A DNA stretch of 64,000 nt from Vicugna vicugna (Eukaryota): contig MU057378.1 in the NCBI GenBank assembly GCA_013265495.1, positions 1-64,000 on the forward strand, given 5' to 3'. A program made the position numbers and the translations under genes. The notes below the pieces were generated by a model, which saw nothing but the letters and a program-made list of their open reading frames with translations, searched no databases and was not told where the DNA came from. Of the stretch, positions 1 through 12,553 are shown piece by piece (the first letter of the stretch is position 1; every line of letters starts with the position of its first letter).

Positions 1-248
1 AAGTTTGGTATTTGTATAACCTTTTCTGCAGTTATATATAAATCACCAAATGTTAAGAACATTAGAATTTCAACAGTGCAATATATAAAAATAAGTATCA
101 TCCAATTAAAAAATAGAAAAAAATCGCTCCAACTCTAGTTATTAGTATGTTATTAAGAGCAATGAAGCCATAGTTGGTTTGTGCTCTTTTCCAAACTTAA
201 TTTGGTGTCAACTTACTGTTTTTGAGTAACAGTAATGATGGCAATAAA

Positions 249-368
249 GAATTTTTTAAATATATATAAGAAAATGAATATATGCATGTATATGCATGAC
301 TAGGACATTGTGCTGCACACCAGAAATTGACACATTGTAATTGACTATACTTCAATTAAAAATAATAA
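249..368 (+). mobile_element. Short 5'-truncated young L1 3' end
   Basis: Contains the terminal motif gcatgactaggacattgtgctgcacaccagaaattgacacattgtaattgactatacttcaattaaaa shared by many L1 ends in the window. Flanked by taatgatggca(a/g)taa repeats. Confidence 0.85.
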
Positions 369-404
369 TAATGATGGCAGTAATAATAATAATAGTTCAA
401 GTAA

Positions 405-545
405 GGGGGAGGGTATAGCTCAGTGGTGGAGTGTGTGCTTAGCAATGTGCTTAGCATGTATGAGGTCCTGGATTCAATCCCTAGTAGCTCATTAAAATTA
501 AATAAATAAAACTAATTACTTCCCTCCCCAAAAAATTTTTAAAGG
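405..545 (+). mobile_element. tRNA-Ala-derived camelid-type SINE (vic-1-like)
   Basis: Head ggggagggtatagctcagtgg...gaggtcctggattcaatccc with A-rich tail. Perfect 17-bp TSD aataatagttcaagtaa (388-404, 546-562). Small internal duplication tgtgcttagca. Confidence 0.92.
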
Positions 546-859
546 AATAATAGTTCAAGTAATTTTGAACAATGTAAGGAGACAAAATAAATCACTAACA
601 CAGTTGAAAAGAGTCCCCAAATGCATCTAACTCGAAACAAAGATAAACTTTGAAGCAGTGCAGTCTGAGAAGATTTCAACCAATACAACAATGTAGGAAA
701 CAGAAATGAGTGGTGTGGTTATTGCAAAGATAAATCCTCGCTGTGTTTCAGAAATTCCAGCCAATGCAACATAATCGGAAACTCTTTGCTTTTGAAAAGG
801 ACAAAATGATCACTATTTTTAAATATTTTGGTGTTCCACCTGGAAAATGTATGTGAATT

Positions 860-1290
860 AAGTAAACTATGTTATACTAATATACAAAGTCCAATAGCTT
901 TCACATGTTCTTGCAATAACTAATTAGAAAACAGGATAGAAAAAGATCCCACTTGCACGAGGTCCTTGGTTCAATCCCCAGTACCTCCATTACAATAAAT
1001 AAATAAATAAATCTAATTGCCCCCTCCCCCCCAAAAAAATTTTTTTAAAAGATCCCACTAACATAATGAAATAGAAAACCCTTAAGGAATCTCCAGGATC
1101 TACATGAAGAAAACTACAAAACTTTATTGGGAGAAACAGATGAGGCTTGGACAAACGGACCTACATAGCCATATTCTTGAATGAAAAAGTGAATATTACA
1201 AAGATTTCAAATCTCCCTAAATTAATAGGTAAACTTAGAACCTAACAAAATGATTTTAAGGTTTAGCTGAAAGATTAAATGACCCAGAAA
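860..1290 (+). mobile_element. Old L1 ORF2 remnant, interrupted by a SINE
   Basis: ggatctacatgaagaaaactacaaaactttattg...ctccctaaattaat resembles a decayed L1 ORF2 segment. Boundaries are approximate. Confidence 0.6.
954..1046 (+). mobile_element. 5'-truncated tRNA-derived SINE
   Basis: Starts at tgcacgaggtccttggttcaatccccagtacctcc, so it has the B box only. 13-bp TSD aaaagatcccact (941-953, 1047-1059). Confidence 0.9.
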
Positions 1291-1329
1291 AAAAAAATCA
1301 CAATCCCTCCAGTTGCTGTGTGGAAGGTG

Positions 1330-1725
1330 GACGGAGGTCTTCAGGGTGAGAGATGAGATGCATGTTCCAGGGAAGGGATGACGGCAGGTTTTGTAAGGGT
1401 ACCTCTTGTGTGGGAAGCTGGGAAGGGAGACGGTGCCAGCTACTAAGTGGAAATAGAGCAGACCTGAGGGATGGAGCTCAGGAATTCAGGCCTGAACATG
1501 TGATATGTGAGATGCTTGTGAGAAATATGAAAAGTACAGAAAGTGTAATTTAAGCATTAGGAGCATGGAACCCTAGACTGAGCTGGAGATAGGAATCTGA
1601 GATGTTTGCCTAAGAAAGGTACTGAAAGCCATGCGAATGCATGAATTACAAAGGAAGTGTGCAGCCAAAGAGAGAAAGAAGGCTATGACAGAGCCTTGGG
1701 GACCTCAGCATTAGAAGTCAGTAGG
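1330..1725 (-). mobile_element. L2 remnant
   Basis: Purine-rich tract with L2-like motifs (gagatgcttgtgaga, gagctggagatag, acagagccttgggg). Boundaries are approximate. Confidence 0.55.
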
Positions 1726-1769
1726 CAAATAACCAGTTCTACCTAACTAGTCCCAGAGGACACCCCTCA

Positions 1770-2140
1770 GGGACCTGGAGGTCGTCATTCTAAGTGAGAT
1801 AAGTCAGAAAGAGAAAGAAAAATACCACATGATATCATTCACATGTGGAATCAAAAAAAAATGACACAAATGAACTTACCTACAAAGCAGAAACAGACTC
1901 ACAGACACAGAGAACAAACTTATGGTTACCAGGGGGGAAAGGAGGTGGGAAAGGATAAACTGGGAGTTCGAGATTTGCACCTCTTGGGGAGTGATGGAAA
2001 TGTGAGCTGTCTTGACTGTGGTGGTGGTTTCATGGGTGTATATACATCTATCCAAATTCATCCAATTGTACATCTGAAATACGTGTAATTTACTGTACAG
2101 AAATCACACCATAATAAAGGGTTTGTTTTAAAAAAAAAAA
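1770..2140 (+). mobile_element. Chimeric L1 3' end, copy A (young L1 3'UTR fused to an old L1M-type terminus)
   Basis: Young L1 sequence runs to gagatttgca (1979), then cctcttggggagtgatggaaatg...aataaagg and poly-A. The same junction occurs at 55061. Confidence 0.85.
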
Positions 2141-3389
2141 CCCTCTTTCTGATCTGTCTAGCTTACCTGTATTCTCTTATATGTGACCTTTCTATCTCAA
2201 GACATCTTTGGCCACCTTTTAGCAAATATTCCATTTAGAATGTTCAGAATCCGGTCACCTATTATTTTCAGCATTGAGTTTCCATCCTGACTCCTAGAAT
2301 ACAAGACCCTACCCATTAAACAAACCCTTTGTTATAGATGCTGTTATCCCCACTTTCCAAACAAGCCCAAAGAGAGTGGCTTGCCCCAGGCACAGAGGGA
2401 CAGAATTTGATCTGCTCATGAGAGGCAGTTGGATCTGTCCCAAGTCCAGTTGAAATCCCAAGTCGTTCCAATTGCACCACAGTGATCCACATTTAAGAAA
2501 TGAAGCCAGATGGAATATAATTAATTAATTTGTTAGTTAATTTGCATATAACAAAGTAAAGGAGTAAGGGGGTTGGGGTGTTTGTTTTGTGAGGGAGGGG
2601 CACGGATTAGAACCACTTTTAAAAACTGTGGATTATCAAAACCCCAATCCCAGAACTCTGATTCAAAAGTTGGCGACAGGATTTGTTCATCTACATCAAC
2701 CTTCATTTTTTAACATGGAAGTTCCTGGGTTTAAACTTTCAGCTTTTATGAAGTATGTTCTTCACAATTGTCTAGGGCTGTTAGTGAATAAGCTTGTTAA
2801 GAAATCTGCAGACCTCAGAACAAAAGCAGAAAAGGGACATTTGTTTAAGGGAGAATGGAGAAGGAAATTATATCATTGGAGTGTACATCACTCAAGCACA
2901 CAAAGAATAAGGAGGGCTCCTTCCGTGAGCAAATTATGAAACCAGCACAGAGGCATCAAAGTAGTGATTATAGACTTAAACCAACCTGACATCTGCCCGA
3001 ATTCTGCATGAATGTGATCAGAGTATGGCGACGGTAAACCCCTCATTTATCCTGCTCGTGATTTCCTTGCTTCAAAAGCAAAGGAACAAACAGCAGGATT
3101 CTTATTTAAAATGGTGCTTGTTAACGCCCCCTAATACCATCTCTCTTTATCTTTTCACGGAAGTACTTCTAAAGGCATAGGAAAAGGCAAAAACACACCA
3201 CCACCCAAAATTAAGACGAGCAGACACACCAACGTTTGGAAAGACTTTCCACAAGCACAGGAGAGTTGAGTTCAGTTTGCCCTGAAATGGAAGCCTGAGT
3301 CCTTTCTTTTCTCAACCTATCCTTCCAGTGTGACTCTGCGAAGGGATTCGGTCATGACGCAAGTGAAATACATACAAGATCTTGTGGCA

Positions 3390-3540
3390 GCTCACAGCAA
3401 AAAAGAATGCAACAATGAATAAATGTATGTTCGTATACAACTGAAAAATTGTGCTCTACACTGGAAATTGACACAAAATTGTAAAAATGACTATAACACA
3501 ATAAATAATATAAAAAATAAAGTAAAATAAATTTTAAAAA
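3390..3540 (+). mobile_element. Young L1 3' end
   Basis: aattgtgctctacactggaaattgacacaaaattgt...gactataac followed by an A-rich tail. Confidence 0.8.
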
Positions 3541-4296
3541 GAGACAGGAAAAGGCAATCCAGCAACTCGTCTATTGAAAACTGTAGCCTGGATACATAGC
3601 ATCTCTTTCACAAGAAGAATAAAGTGGAAAACAACCAACACGAAACCTGCAAAATGTTATTTCTTAATAAAGTCATTTAGGGTCATGAATGTGGTATTTT
3701 TCTGAATACGAATATATCCTCACCCCACAAGTTTTGATATGTACTTTCATTACTGTTTCATTCTGAAAAGTTTGTTATCCAGGAGTTATTTGGGAATTTG
3801 ATTTCAAACACATCTTTTATTGGTCATTTCTAATCAGATTATTTTCACATACAGGAAAGTGTTCCACATGACATCTATTTTTTGAAATTTGTTGAGACGA
3901 CTTGTGAATCAATACCTGGTCAATGTGTACTTTAAAAGAATATGCTTTACCTTGTGTGTGTATGTGTGTGTGTGTTTTGTGATTTATCTTAGATCAATAT
4001 TATTGACCCACACCCAGTCTGGAGATACATAAAGCAGAAAAGTTACAAAATCTCACACTACTAATCACCGACAGGAAAGTAAGGGACCACAGTCCAGACA
4101 AACTTGGTTTCCAGACAGAGAGTGAGGCTATTGGGTGACTACAGGCTGGGTAAGGGGACCAGTGTTTATGATCTTCTAAGTCCCACAGATGTCCCCAATA
4201 ACTGAAATCCTCTCCTGCAATACGTATAGATTGGCTTCTAAAAATTAAAACCACATATGTTACCTTTTCTAATAGATGTTAATATTTTATATCTGG

Positions 4297-5240
4297 TCCA
4301 AGGAAGACATACAAATGGCCAACGGACACATGAAAAAATGCTCAATATCACTAATTTTTGGAGAAATGCAAATCAAACCCACAATGAGGTATCACCTCAA
4401 ACAAGTCGGAATGGCCATCATTCAAAAGTCCACAAATGATAAACGCTGGAGAGGGTGTGGAGAAAAGGGAACCCTCCTGCACTGCTGGTGGGAATGCAGT
4501 TTGGTGCAGTCATTGTGAAAAACAGTATGGAGATTCCTTAAAAAAACTAAAAGTAGACTTACCATAGGATCCAGCAATCCCATTCCTGGGCATACATCCA
4601 GAAAGAACTCTAATTCGAAAAGATAGATGCACTCCAATGTTCACAGCAGCACTACTTACAATAGCCACGACATGGAAGCAACCCAAGTGTCCATCAATAG
4701 ATGACCGGATAAAGAAGCTGTGGTATATTTATACAATGGAATACTACTCAGCTATACAAATGAATGAAATAATGCTATTTGCAACAACATGGATGGACCT
4801 AGAGATTATCATATTAATATAATATATGATAAGTGAATTCAGAGAAAGACAAATATCACATGATAACACTTCTATGTGGAATCTTAAAAAATGATACAAA
4901 TGGACTTAGTTACAAAACAGAAATAGACTCAGAAACAGAGAAAGCAAACTTACTGTTGCCAGAGGAGAAAGGGAGGGGAGGGACAAATTGGGAGTTTGGG
5001 GTTTGCAGATACAAACTATTATATATAAAATGGATAAACAACAAGGACCTACTGTATGGTATGGCATGGGGAATAATATGCCGTGTCTTATAATAAGCTG
5101 TAGTGGAAAAGAATCTGAAAATGAATGTCTATCTATCAATATACATATATATATGTATGTAATCACTTTGCTGTACACCAGAAACTAACTCAACATTGTA
5201 AGCTAACTACACTTCAATAAAAAAGATTAAAAAAAAAAAG
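4297..5240 (+). mobile_element. 5'-truncated L1 (ORF2 C-terminus and 3'UTR), disabled
   Basis: ORF track gives [20 protein letters not shown]...TLLHCWWEC and [20 protein letters not shown], both L1 ORF2p C-terminal pieces broken by a stop. Poly-A tail follows. Confidence 0.95.
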
Positions 5241-5268
5241 AATGTCCTTAAAATTTTCAGCTTTTAGC

Positions 5269-5392
5269 GGGGAGGGTGTAGGTCAGTGGTAGAGTGTGTG
5301 CTTGGCATTCATGAGGTCCTGGGTTCAATCCCCAGTACCTCCATTAAAATAAACAAATAAATAAAATAAAACTAATCACCCCCGCCAAAAAA
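5269..5392 (+). mobile_element. tRNA-derived SINE
   Basis: ggggagggtgtaggtcagtggtagag...gggttcaatccccagtacctcc. Imperfect TSD aaatttt(t)cag. Confidence 0.9.
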
Positions 5393-5889
5393 AATTTTTC
5401 AGTTTTTATGAAAACCTCATATTAACCAACATATTTCCAATCATACTTCCAGACAGATTAGCAAGCATTTGTAAACTGTTCTCAATTTTTATTAAAAACC
5501 TCATTTGCCAGCAGCCTCACATATTCTTTAAATGTCTGGCCTAATTTCTCCAAATCTGCATAAATCAAATCGCATACTTTTCTTGTCTATAATTAGCCAC
5601 TAAGATTTATTAGCACTTTAGTAGCTCTGAGAAAGTCTAAATGACAAGTCAACATTGATTTTTGTTGTTATGTTTTTCTTGATTCTCCGTATTAGATTCT
5701 TTTCCTGGAGTAAGCCACCACATTTATTTTCCTCTTTTTACCCCTTGAAGACTAGCTCTTATTATTAGAAGGGAGCAGTAGTATAAATTCATAAAGTAAC
5801 ACATCAGAAGGATCCATTTGGGTTTAAGCAGTCTCTCAGTTCTGACTCCAGTGCAGCAAAACTTCCAAACATCAAGAGAAAAGCAACTG

Positions 5890-6160
5890 AAAACAATCTT
5901 TATGGTTACTGGGGGAAAGGGGGTGGGAAGGGATAAATTTGGGAGTTTGAGATTTGCAGGTGTTAGCCACTAAATATAAAAATAGATAAAGAACACATTT
6001 CTTCTCTATAGCCCAGGGGACTCTGTTCAATATCTTGTCGTAACCTTTAATGAAAAAGAATATGAAAATGAATATCTGTATGTATGTGCGTGACTGGGAC
6101 ACTGCTGTGCACCAGAAATTGACACACTGTAACTGACTATACTGCAATTTAAAAAAAAAT
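5890..6160 (+). mobile_element. Young L1 3'UTR fragment
   Basis: ttatggttactggggg...gggagtttgagatttgcag...accagaaattgacac followed by an A tail. Confidence 0.9.
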
Positions 6161-6317
6161 AAAACTCTTTACCAGCTGCTACATGGGAGGAGGTGGATCA
6201 ATAACCCTAACTGACTACTTTTCATATGAAATTCAAGCAGTCTGAAGTTGCCTTTTTCTAGAATATCTGTTTTCTCCACTTCAAAGGACTATGTGCTGCA
6301 GAGCGTGGAGAGATATA

Positions 6318-6320
<3 letters not shown>

Positions 6321-6361
<41 letters not shown>
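6321..6361. repeat. (CA)n microsatellite
   Basis: About 20 perfect AC units. Confidence 0.97.
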
Positions 6362-6363
<2 letters not shown>

Positions 6364-6499
6364 AGGCCTTCTCTTCTCTTTGAACCACTCCATCGCGCAG
6401 TTCTGGGCTCCTGGCCATGATAAAAGGCCCAGGGCTCTGACTGTTTACCTTCCATTGGGGAAGGCAGAGGAGCACATGAACCAGGGCACAAGCTTCAGG

Positions 6500-6690
6500 G
6501 TCAAGTGCGGCTGGCTCCAGCCGCCACTCTCCGGCCTCCTAGTCTTGTGTTCGACCTTGACCAAGTTACTGAACTCCTTGAGTGCCTTCTTTCCTCATCT
6601 GTAAAATTCATATTCTAATACTATTTCTCATTCTTGGTTGGTAGGAGAATAATGTGAAGTATATCCACTGTGAAGTCCTTAACCCCAAAC
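6500..6690 (+). mobile_element. MIR remnant
   Basis: Core motif gaccttgaccaagttactgaactccttgagtgcct...ttcctcatctgtaaaat. Confidence 0.7.
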
Positions 6691-6979
6691 TTGAATTAAT
6701 CAGGTGAGTGATAGGGTTGTATTGGCATGGATAAAGATTTGGAGGATGGAGTAAATTGAGGCAGAGGCAGAAGGCACACATGAGGTTGCTGAAGGGTAGG
6801 CAGGAAGCGATGGTGGGAAAGGCAAACTGTCTAATTTGTCTTTCTCTTTCCTAAGTGCTTCGGCCACACAAACCTCCCGTCCTGGTAGCCGCACAACCCA
6901 CAGACCTTTATGGCATCGGCATCCACTGCCTTTCAAGCCAAGGTCGTGGACAAGAGTCAGAGAGAAGCACTTCCCTGGG

Positions 6980-7560
6980 CCTGAAGTCCCCGTCACCCCC
7001 GTGGATGCCCAGGGTCACAGATGCGCTGCGCCGGGGCTGACACGCGCTCTTACAGACTCACTTCGCAGGGGTTTGTGACGCTGGCCCCTCTGCCCCGCCC
7101 CTCAGGGCCGCCTTGCTCAGCACCTCGGTTCCTGCTGTTTCCTCCGAGAGAAGCTGATTCGAGTGTGCGCCTAAGTTCCGGTGTGTTTCACGGGGAGAAC
7201 CATCTCCAACGCGGACAGCCTCCTGCCTTTCTGTTCATAACTATGCGGCAGATTCGGTTGCCTGTAAGGACACGGCTGCTGTGGGCGGAGACCCCAGTGT
7301 CTACACCCGCAGCTCCAGCCTAGGACGCAGCCCCGCCCGGGCTCGGGGGACCCACACGGGGCCTGGGGACATGCCCCTCACCCGCAGCCTCCTGCCCGGT
7401 GGGTGGGAGTCCTGGGCCCGGAGCAGCTGGGCGGGCAGTGCTCCCCGAGTGGCCCCGGACGCCCTGGGCGCCTGGCTGCTGAGGTGTTGCAGCCCCTCCT
7501 CCAGGCAGACCGCTGGGATTAGGAAGCAGGCGTTGAGGGCGAGACCCGGCCAGGAGAGGG
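6980..7560. promoter_or_regulatory. CpG/GC-rich segment (candidate regulatory element)
   Basis: Visibly high GC and retained CpGs against an AT-rich background, with no recognisable repeat. No function is shown. Confidence 0.45.
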
Positions 7561-8275
7561 CTTCTTGGAAAGACACAACATCCACCCAAAAGTGGTGTTA
7601 GTTACTATTCTGGTGATTTCATCATGAAGACACATGTAAGATGACGTAAGAGTGGAAATTTTAAAACTTTGGAAGATCACGTAATTGGAAGCAACATATT
7701 GAGCAATAACTGGAAATGAAGTGAAAATACACAGATGCATCGTTGGGTTCGGGAACATTTGTGGAAGACGTTTTCTTCATGTGGAAACACAGATACAGTA
7801 GTAAAATCAGCAGCCCGAGGGAAAGGATACCCACCCCAGGTCTAAACAATGGAAACTAACCCTGTGAGACAGGTCGGCCCCAAGATGTATGTTTAATGAA
7901 GGAAACACGAGTCCACCATGATTGAAGCCTGAGATTAAGAGGAAAGTGGTATGGAAGTGTCACTGTAGTACGTGTCAGGCTCCTGTCTCCTGCTTCCAAA
8001 CCCTGCTGGCCTTAAAGGATGTATTTTGTTGAGTGGTGATGATGACAGTGACAGGATGAATGAAAGAAAACGTTACGATTCAACGTGCCCTCCCCCAGCA
8101 CCAGCCCCTGGAAAAATAGAAGCATCACTAACTGGAAACACCTGCAGAATAGAGCGTGAACGATGATGCATTCCAGCAGATCGAGGGTTAAACACAGTTC
8201 CATTACCAAGGACAGCAAAGACTGACCGACTGCTTGGATGAGTCTCTCACCAACAGGCCTCTGAAGTGCCATAAG

Positions 8276-8795
8276 GCAAGAGGGTACAGCTCAATGGTAG
8301 ACTGTGTGCTTAGCATGCAGGAGGGCCTGGCTTCAACCCCCAGTCACTCTGTTAAAAATTAACAAATAAAAAATACAAATGAACTTATATATAAAACAGA
8401 AACAGACTCACAGACATCGAATACAGACTTGTGTTTGCCTGTGGGGAGTGGAGTGGGAAGGGATAAACTGGGAGTTCGAGATTTGCAGATACCGACTGGT
8501 ATATATAAAATAGATAAACAAGTTTATACTGCATAGCACAGGGAACTATATTCAATACCTTGTAGTAGCTTACGGTGGAAAAGAATGTGAAAATGAATAT
8601 GTGTATATTCATGTATGACTGAAGCATTGTGCTGTACACCAGAAATTGACACAACATTGTGAACTGACTATAACTCAATTAAAAATTATATAAATAAATA
8701 AACAATAAAATAAAATAAATAAGCCTAATTACCTCCTATAAACAAATACATACATACATAAATACATACATAAATAAATAGCAATTAAAAAAATT
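8276..8795 (+). mobile_element. SINE split by a nested L1 3' fragment
   Basis: SINE head at 8276-8370 and SINE tail motif cctaattacctcc at about 8723. Outer TSD aagtg(c/t)cataa (8265-8275, 8796-8806). Confidence 0.85.
8373..8700 (+). mobile_element. Young L1 3'UTR nested in a SINE
   Basis: caaatgaacttatatataaaacagaaacagactc...accagaaattgacacaacattgtgaactgactataactcaattaaaa. Confidence 0.9.
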
Positions 8796-9658
8796 AAGTG
8801 TCATAAATTATCTCAGAATGTTAGCTGATCTTATGTCTTAAAGCTGGAAGATCCTTTGAAGTAACTTCTAAACTGAGGAGGTGGGTGGACCACTAGGAAC
8901 ACTCATCTGGCTATTAATAGAGTGTGCAATTTTTTTTTTGGTGGAAATTTTTCTCAAGATACAGAAGAACCAAGAAATGATCCTGTAAGTATTTCCTTAA
9001 ATATCTCTGGTCTAACTAAATCTGAATGATGTAACGTCTGAAAACAACCAGCAGTGTTTCTACAGACGGTACCAGCAGTTTATAAAGGCTGAGAATAAGT
9101 CTGCGAAGAATAAGTTTGGAATCATTATACAGGAATAAATAAGTTCACAATTCTGGAAGAACAGCATATGATTTTAATTTTTCAAACTGGCCTTCCTTGA
9201 TCTTCTGGCAAGTATGCTGTTTGAAATAATCATGACAAACATTTATACAGGGAATAGCGTTTCTAATTTTTCTGTGAAAATTCCCTTTGAAGACGCCCAT
9301 AGCAGATGCGTTGCCTGTAAAGGGTGCATCAAAGGAAGGTATGTGTGTGAAAAGAAAACAAAATTGGAAATGCATCTTTTGAATCTGAAATATAACTGAA
9401 ATGAACCAGAATTCCAGTGTTTTGATGAGGAAGAACCAAGAAAGAGCCACGCCATTTCCATTGGTCCCAGAATCTGACAGTCAGCACCTCCAACTAAGGG
9501 AAGCATCTATTATTAATGAGGACATGCACAGCCTCATCATTTGAAAAAAAAATGTGCAAGAATTTCTTAGTGATATTATCACAGATTTTGATTTGAAGTA
9601 AGTCCATTTTCCACCAAGCTTTCAGCAAGTCTTTAGCTTTTTTTTCATATCGTATATA

Positions 9659-9860
9659 AAGCTGAGCCTTGAACAATGAGGGATTCCGCACAGTCAAAAA
9701 CCCACATAGAACTTTTCAAGCTGCCCTGTGTCTCACCTGCCCTGCATCCGAGGGCTCAGCCACCACAGACCGTGTAATATCACAGCACACAGTTATTGGG
9801 AAAAGTCCATGCATAAGTGGACCCACAAGGTTCAAACCCACCTTGTTCAAAGGTCAACTG
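9659..9860. mobile_element. Tigger2-family MITE (MER8-like)
   Basis: Terminal inverted repeats aagctgagccttgaacaa / ttgttcaaaggtcaactg, with the subterminal motif ataagtggacccacaaggttcaaaccc. Confidence 0.75.
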
Positions 9861-10215
9861 AATTTCTTCCTGTGTCTACTGTAATCTCTAGCTTATTAAT
9901 GTTGCTCCGAAGTAACTTTCAGCTTTTAACTGTGATGATCTCATTTGTAAAAAAGGAGATGATGATAGAACCTTCTTAGTGTAAAGCCAGGATGATTTCG
10001 CTCCTGCAAAGAGCTTAGAACACTGCACAGCCCAGATTCAAGAAGAGGGAAATAGATTTTTTTTTTCTCTCAATGGAGAAGTCAAATTGTAAAAGAGCAA
10101 GGAAGATGGGAGATGTTATGGCTGTCTTCTGAAACACAGTCTGCCACAGAAAGAATCCACAAGAAATTTATGACAGTAATTAACAGAATTGGACAAACAC
10201 AGGGATGAAATGGGA

Positions 10216-11002
10216 GAGTGTGTAGAGAAAAGGGAACCCTCCTACACTGCTAGTGGGAATGTGGTGCAGCCATTATGGAAAAGAGTATGGAGACTCCTCA
10301 AAAAACTAAAAATAGACTTACTGTATGATCCAGCAATCCCACTCCTAGGCATATATCTGTAGGGAACTCTAATTCAAAAAGACACCTGCACCCCAATGTT
10401 CACAGCAGCACTATTTACAATAGCCAAGACGTGGAAACAACCTAGATGTCCAACAACAGATGAGTGGATAAAGAAGATGTGGTTTATTTATACAGTGGAA
10501 TATACTCTGCAATAAAAAAGAATAAAATAATGCCATTTGCAGCAACATGGATGGACCTGGAGATCATCATTCTAAGTTAAGTAAGCCAGAAACAGAAAGG
10601 AAAAATACTATATGATACCACTCATAATCTAAAAAAAAAAAAACAAAAAGAAAAAAGAGGACACTAATGAACTCATCCACAAAACAGAAACAGACTCACA
10701 GACATAGCAAACAACCTTGTGGTTACTGGGGAAAGAGGGTGGGAAAGGATAAATTCAGGAGTTTGAAATTTGCAACTGTTAACCATTATCTATACAAATA
10801 GATTTAAAAGAAACAAATTTCTTCTGTATAGCACAGGGAACTATATTCAATATTTTGTAATAATTTTTAATAAAAAATATGAAAATGAGCATATGTATTT
10901 ATATATATGTGTGTGTGTGTATATATATATGCATGCCTGGGACATGATGTTGTACACCAGAAATTGACACATTCTAACTGACTATACTTCAATTAAAAAA
11001 AA
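10216..11002 (+). mobile_element. 5'-truncated young L1 (ORF2 end and 3'UTR)
   Basis: gagaaaagggaaccctcctacactgctagtgggaatgt...tatgatccagcaatcccactcc... ending in the canonical terminus and an A tail. Confidence 0.93.
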
Positions 11003-12134
11003 GTCAATGGTGGAAAAATATGTAACTTCTATACACTTTTTAAACTTTTTTGAACCAACTTAAAAAACTGGATTAAAAAAGTCAAATTTTCTTTGAAAAT
11101 TAAAACAAATATTGATTAAATGGGCTAATATTTCCTTGGGTCCACTGGCTGAATTATTTATGCTCCCTAATCTCCAGGCCCAGAGAACATGTCACCGCAT
11201 CTTCAGGCTAATGTTTGCCAACTTTATGGCTGAAAATTGACAAATTCATCTTTGTAAGTTTAGTCCATTCCTTCAGAAACACACCACATAACAACTATTA
11301 TGGTCATCCTAATATACTTAGCATATTTTGTAAATGTTGTAAATTGAGGTGAGAATTTAGAAGCCTTTAATCATCTTCTTTATAAATGTGTCATATAAAT
11401 TTTTTATAGTGTCATATATTTTTAGATATTATTAAAATACTGGCATGCTTAAATTAAATGTATTCAAAAACAAACACACTGCCACGTATCTGAGAAGATT
11501 ATGTCTCGCTGGCTTTACTCAGACAAAATTGTGAAAAAGATGCCCATTTTACATCTAAAGAGCTTCTACTGACACGCATGCTTCAACTCTGCAGAGCTCA
11601 GGCAACACTCGGTCCTCGCAGGTAACGGAACAGCCGAGCATGCTCATTCTCCCTGGATCGCACTGACTTCCACTCTCCTAAAGTGGCTTAATTTTGCCCA
11701 GTTCTAGAATCCACCACTGTGTCTCTTCCAGTGCTGCCTCCAGGCTCTGCTGCCCCTGTAACCAAGCAGGACCCTATTGTCATCACTGCTGACTGTCTGA
11801 TTCCTGCAATGGCATTTGTAACTGCAGGTACAGGATTAGCTCCAGGAAGATCGATTTACAATGAAAACCCACTTTGGCTCTTTTAATAAGATTTGAAGAC
11901 ACACACGTGCATTCCTGACTCAAATGACATCATTATCTCAGAGCAGCACGAGTTTAGTATATTAAATGAGAATAAAGCCTTCCAGGGACAGTAGCCTCCA
12001 AAAACATAGACCATGTCAATCAGCATGATGAGGAAGAGTTTTTTTGGTTTTGGGGGGTTTTGGTTTTTTGCCCATTAAGGCTGCTCTCTCAACACATGCA
12101 AAGTGTGACCATTCCACAAGGAAAATAATATCAG

Positions 12135-12553
12135 TGTAGGAGACCTGGGACCTGGGACCCTTGGCTGCAGTGTTGGCACTGGGAAACATGTCTCCTAGAG
12201 CAACAGAACACAAAGGAACTATAGGGACTAAAAATAACTGTGCATGTGCCGTTGGGGCCAGTCACGAACAAGATACAAAAAAGCCAAAAACCGAATTGTC
12301 ACTTCTGAGGTGTTGGGAGCAAAAGCAGGGGACAGTGCATGATCCCTGCACACAGCCCCACCAAGCGGGTGGGCACACCACCTCTGCCACCCCTCTGGCC
12401 CTACTCTCAGACCTGCCCCTGCCCTTGTGCCCCATTCAAGGACCAGCTCACCCCTCGTGCCACAGCACGAGGCCCAGTAAAGCCTCGCCTGAATTCCTCT
12501 CTGGCCTCATATCAATTTCTTTTAAGGAGTCCAAGAACTCAGGTTGGTATTGT
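12135..12553 (+). mobile_element. Solo LTR (ERV1-like)
   Basis: TG start and agtaaa poly-A-like signal near the 3' end. Shares aaaagcag...gcatgatccctgcacacagc with the element at 17495-17780. Confidence 0.65.
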
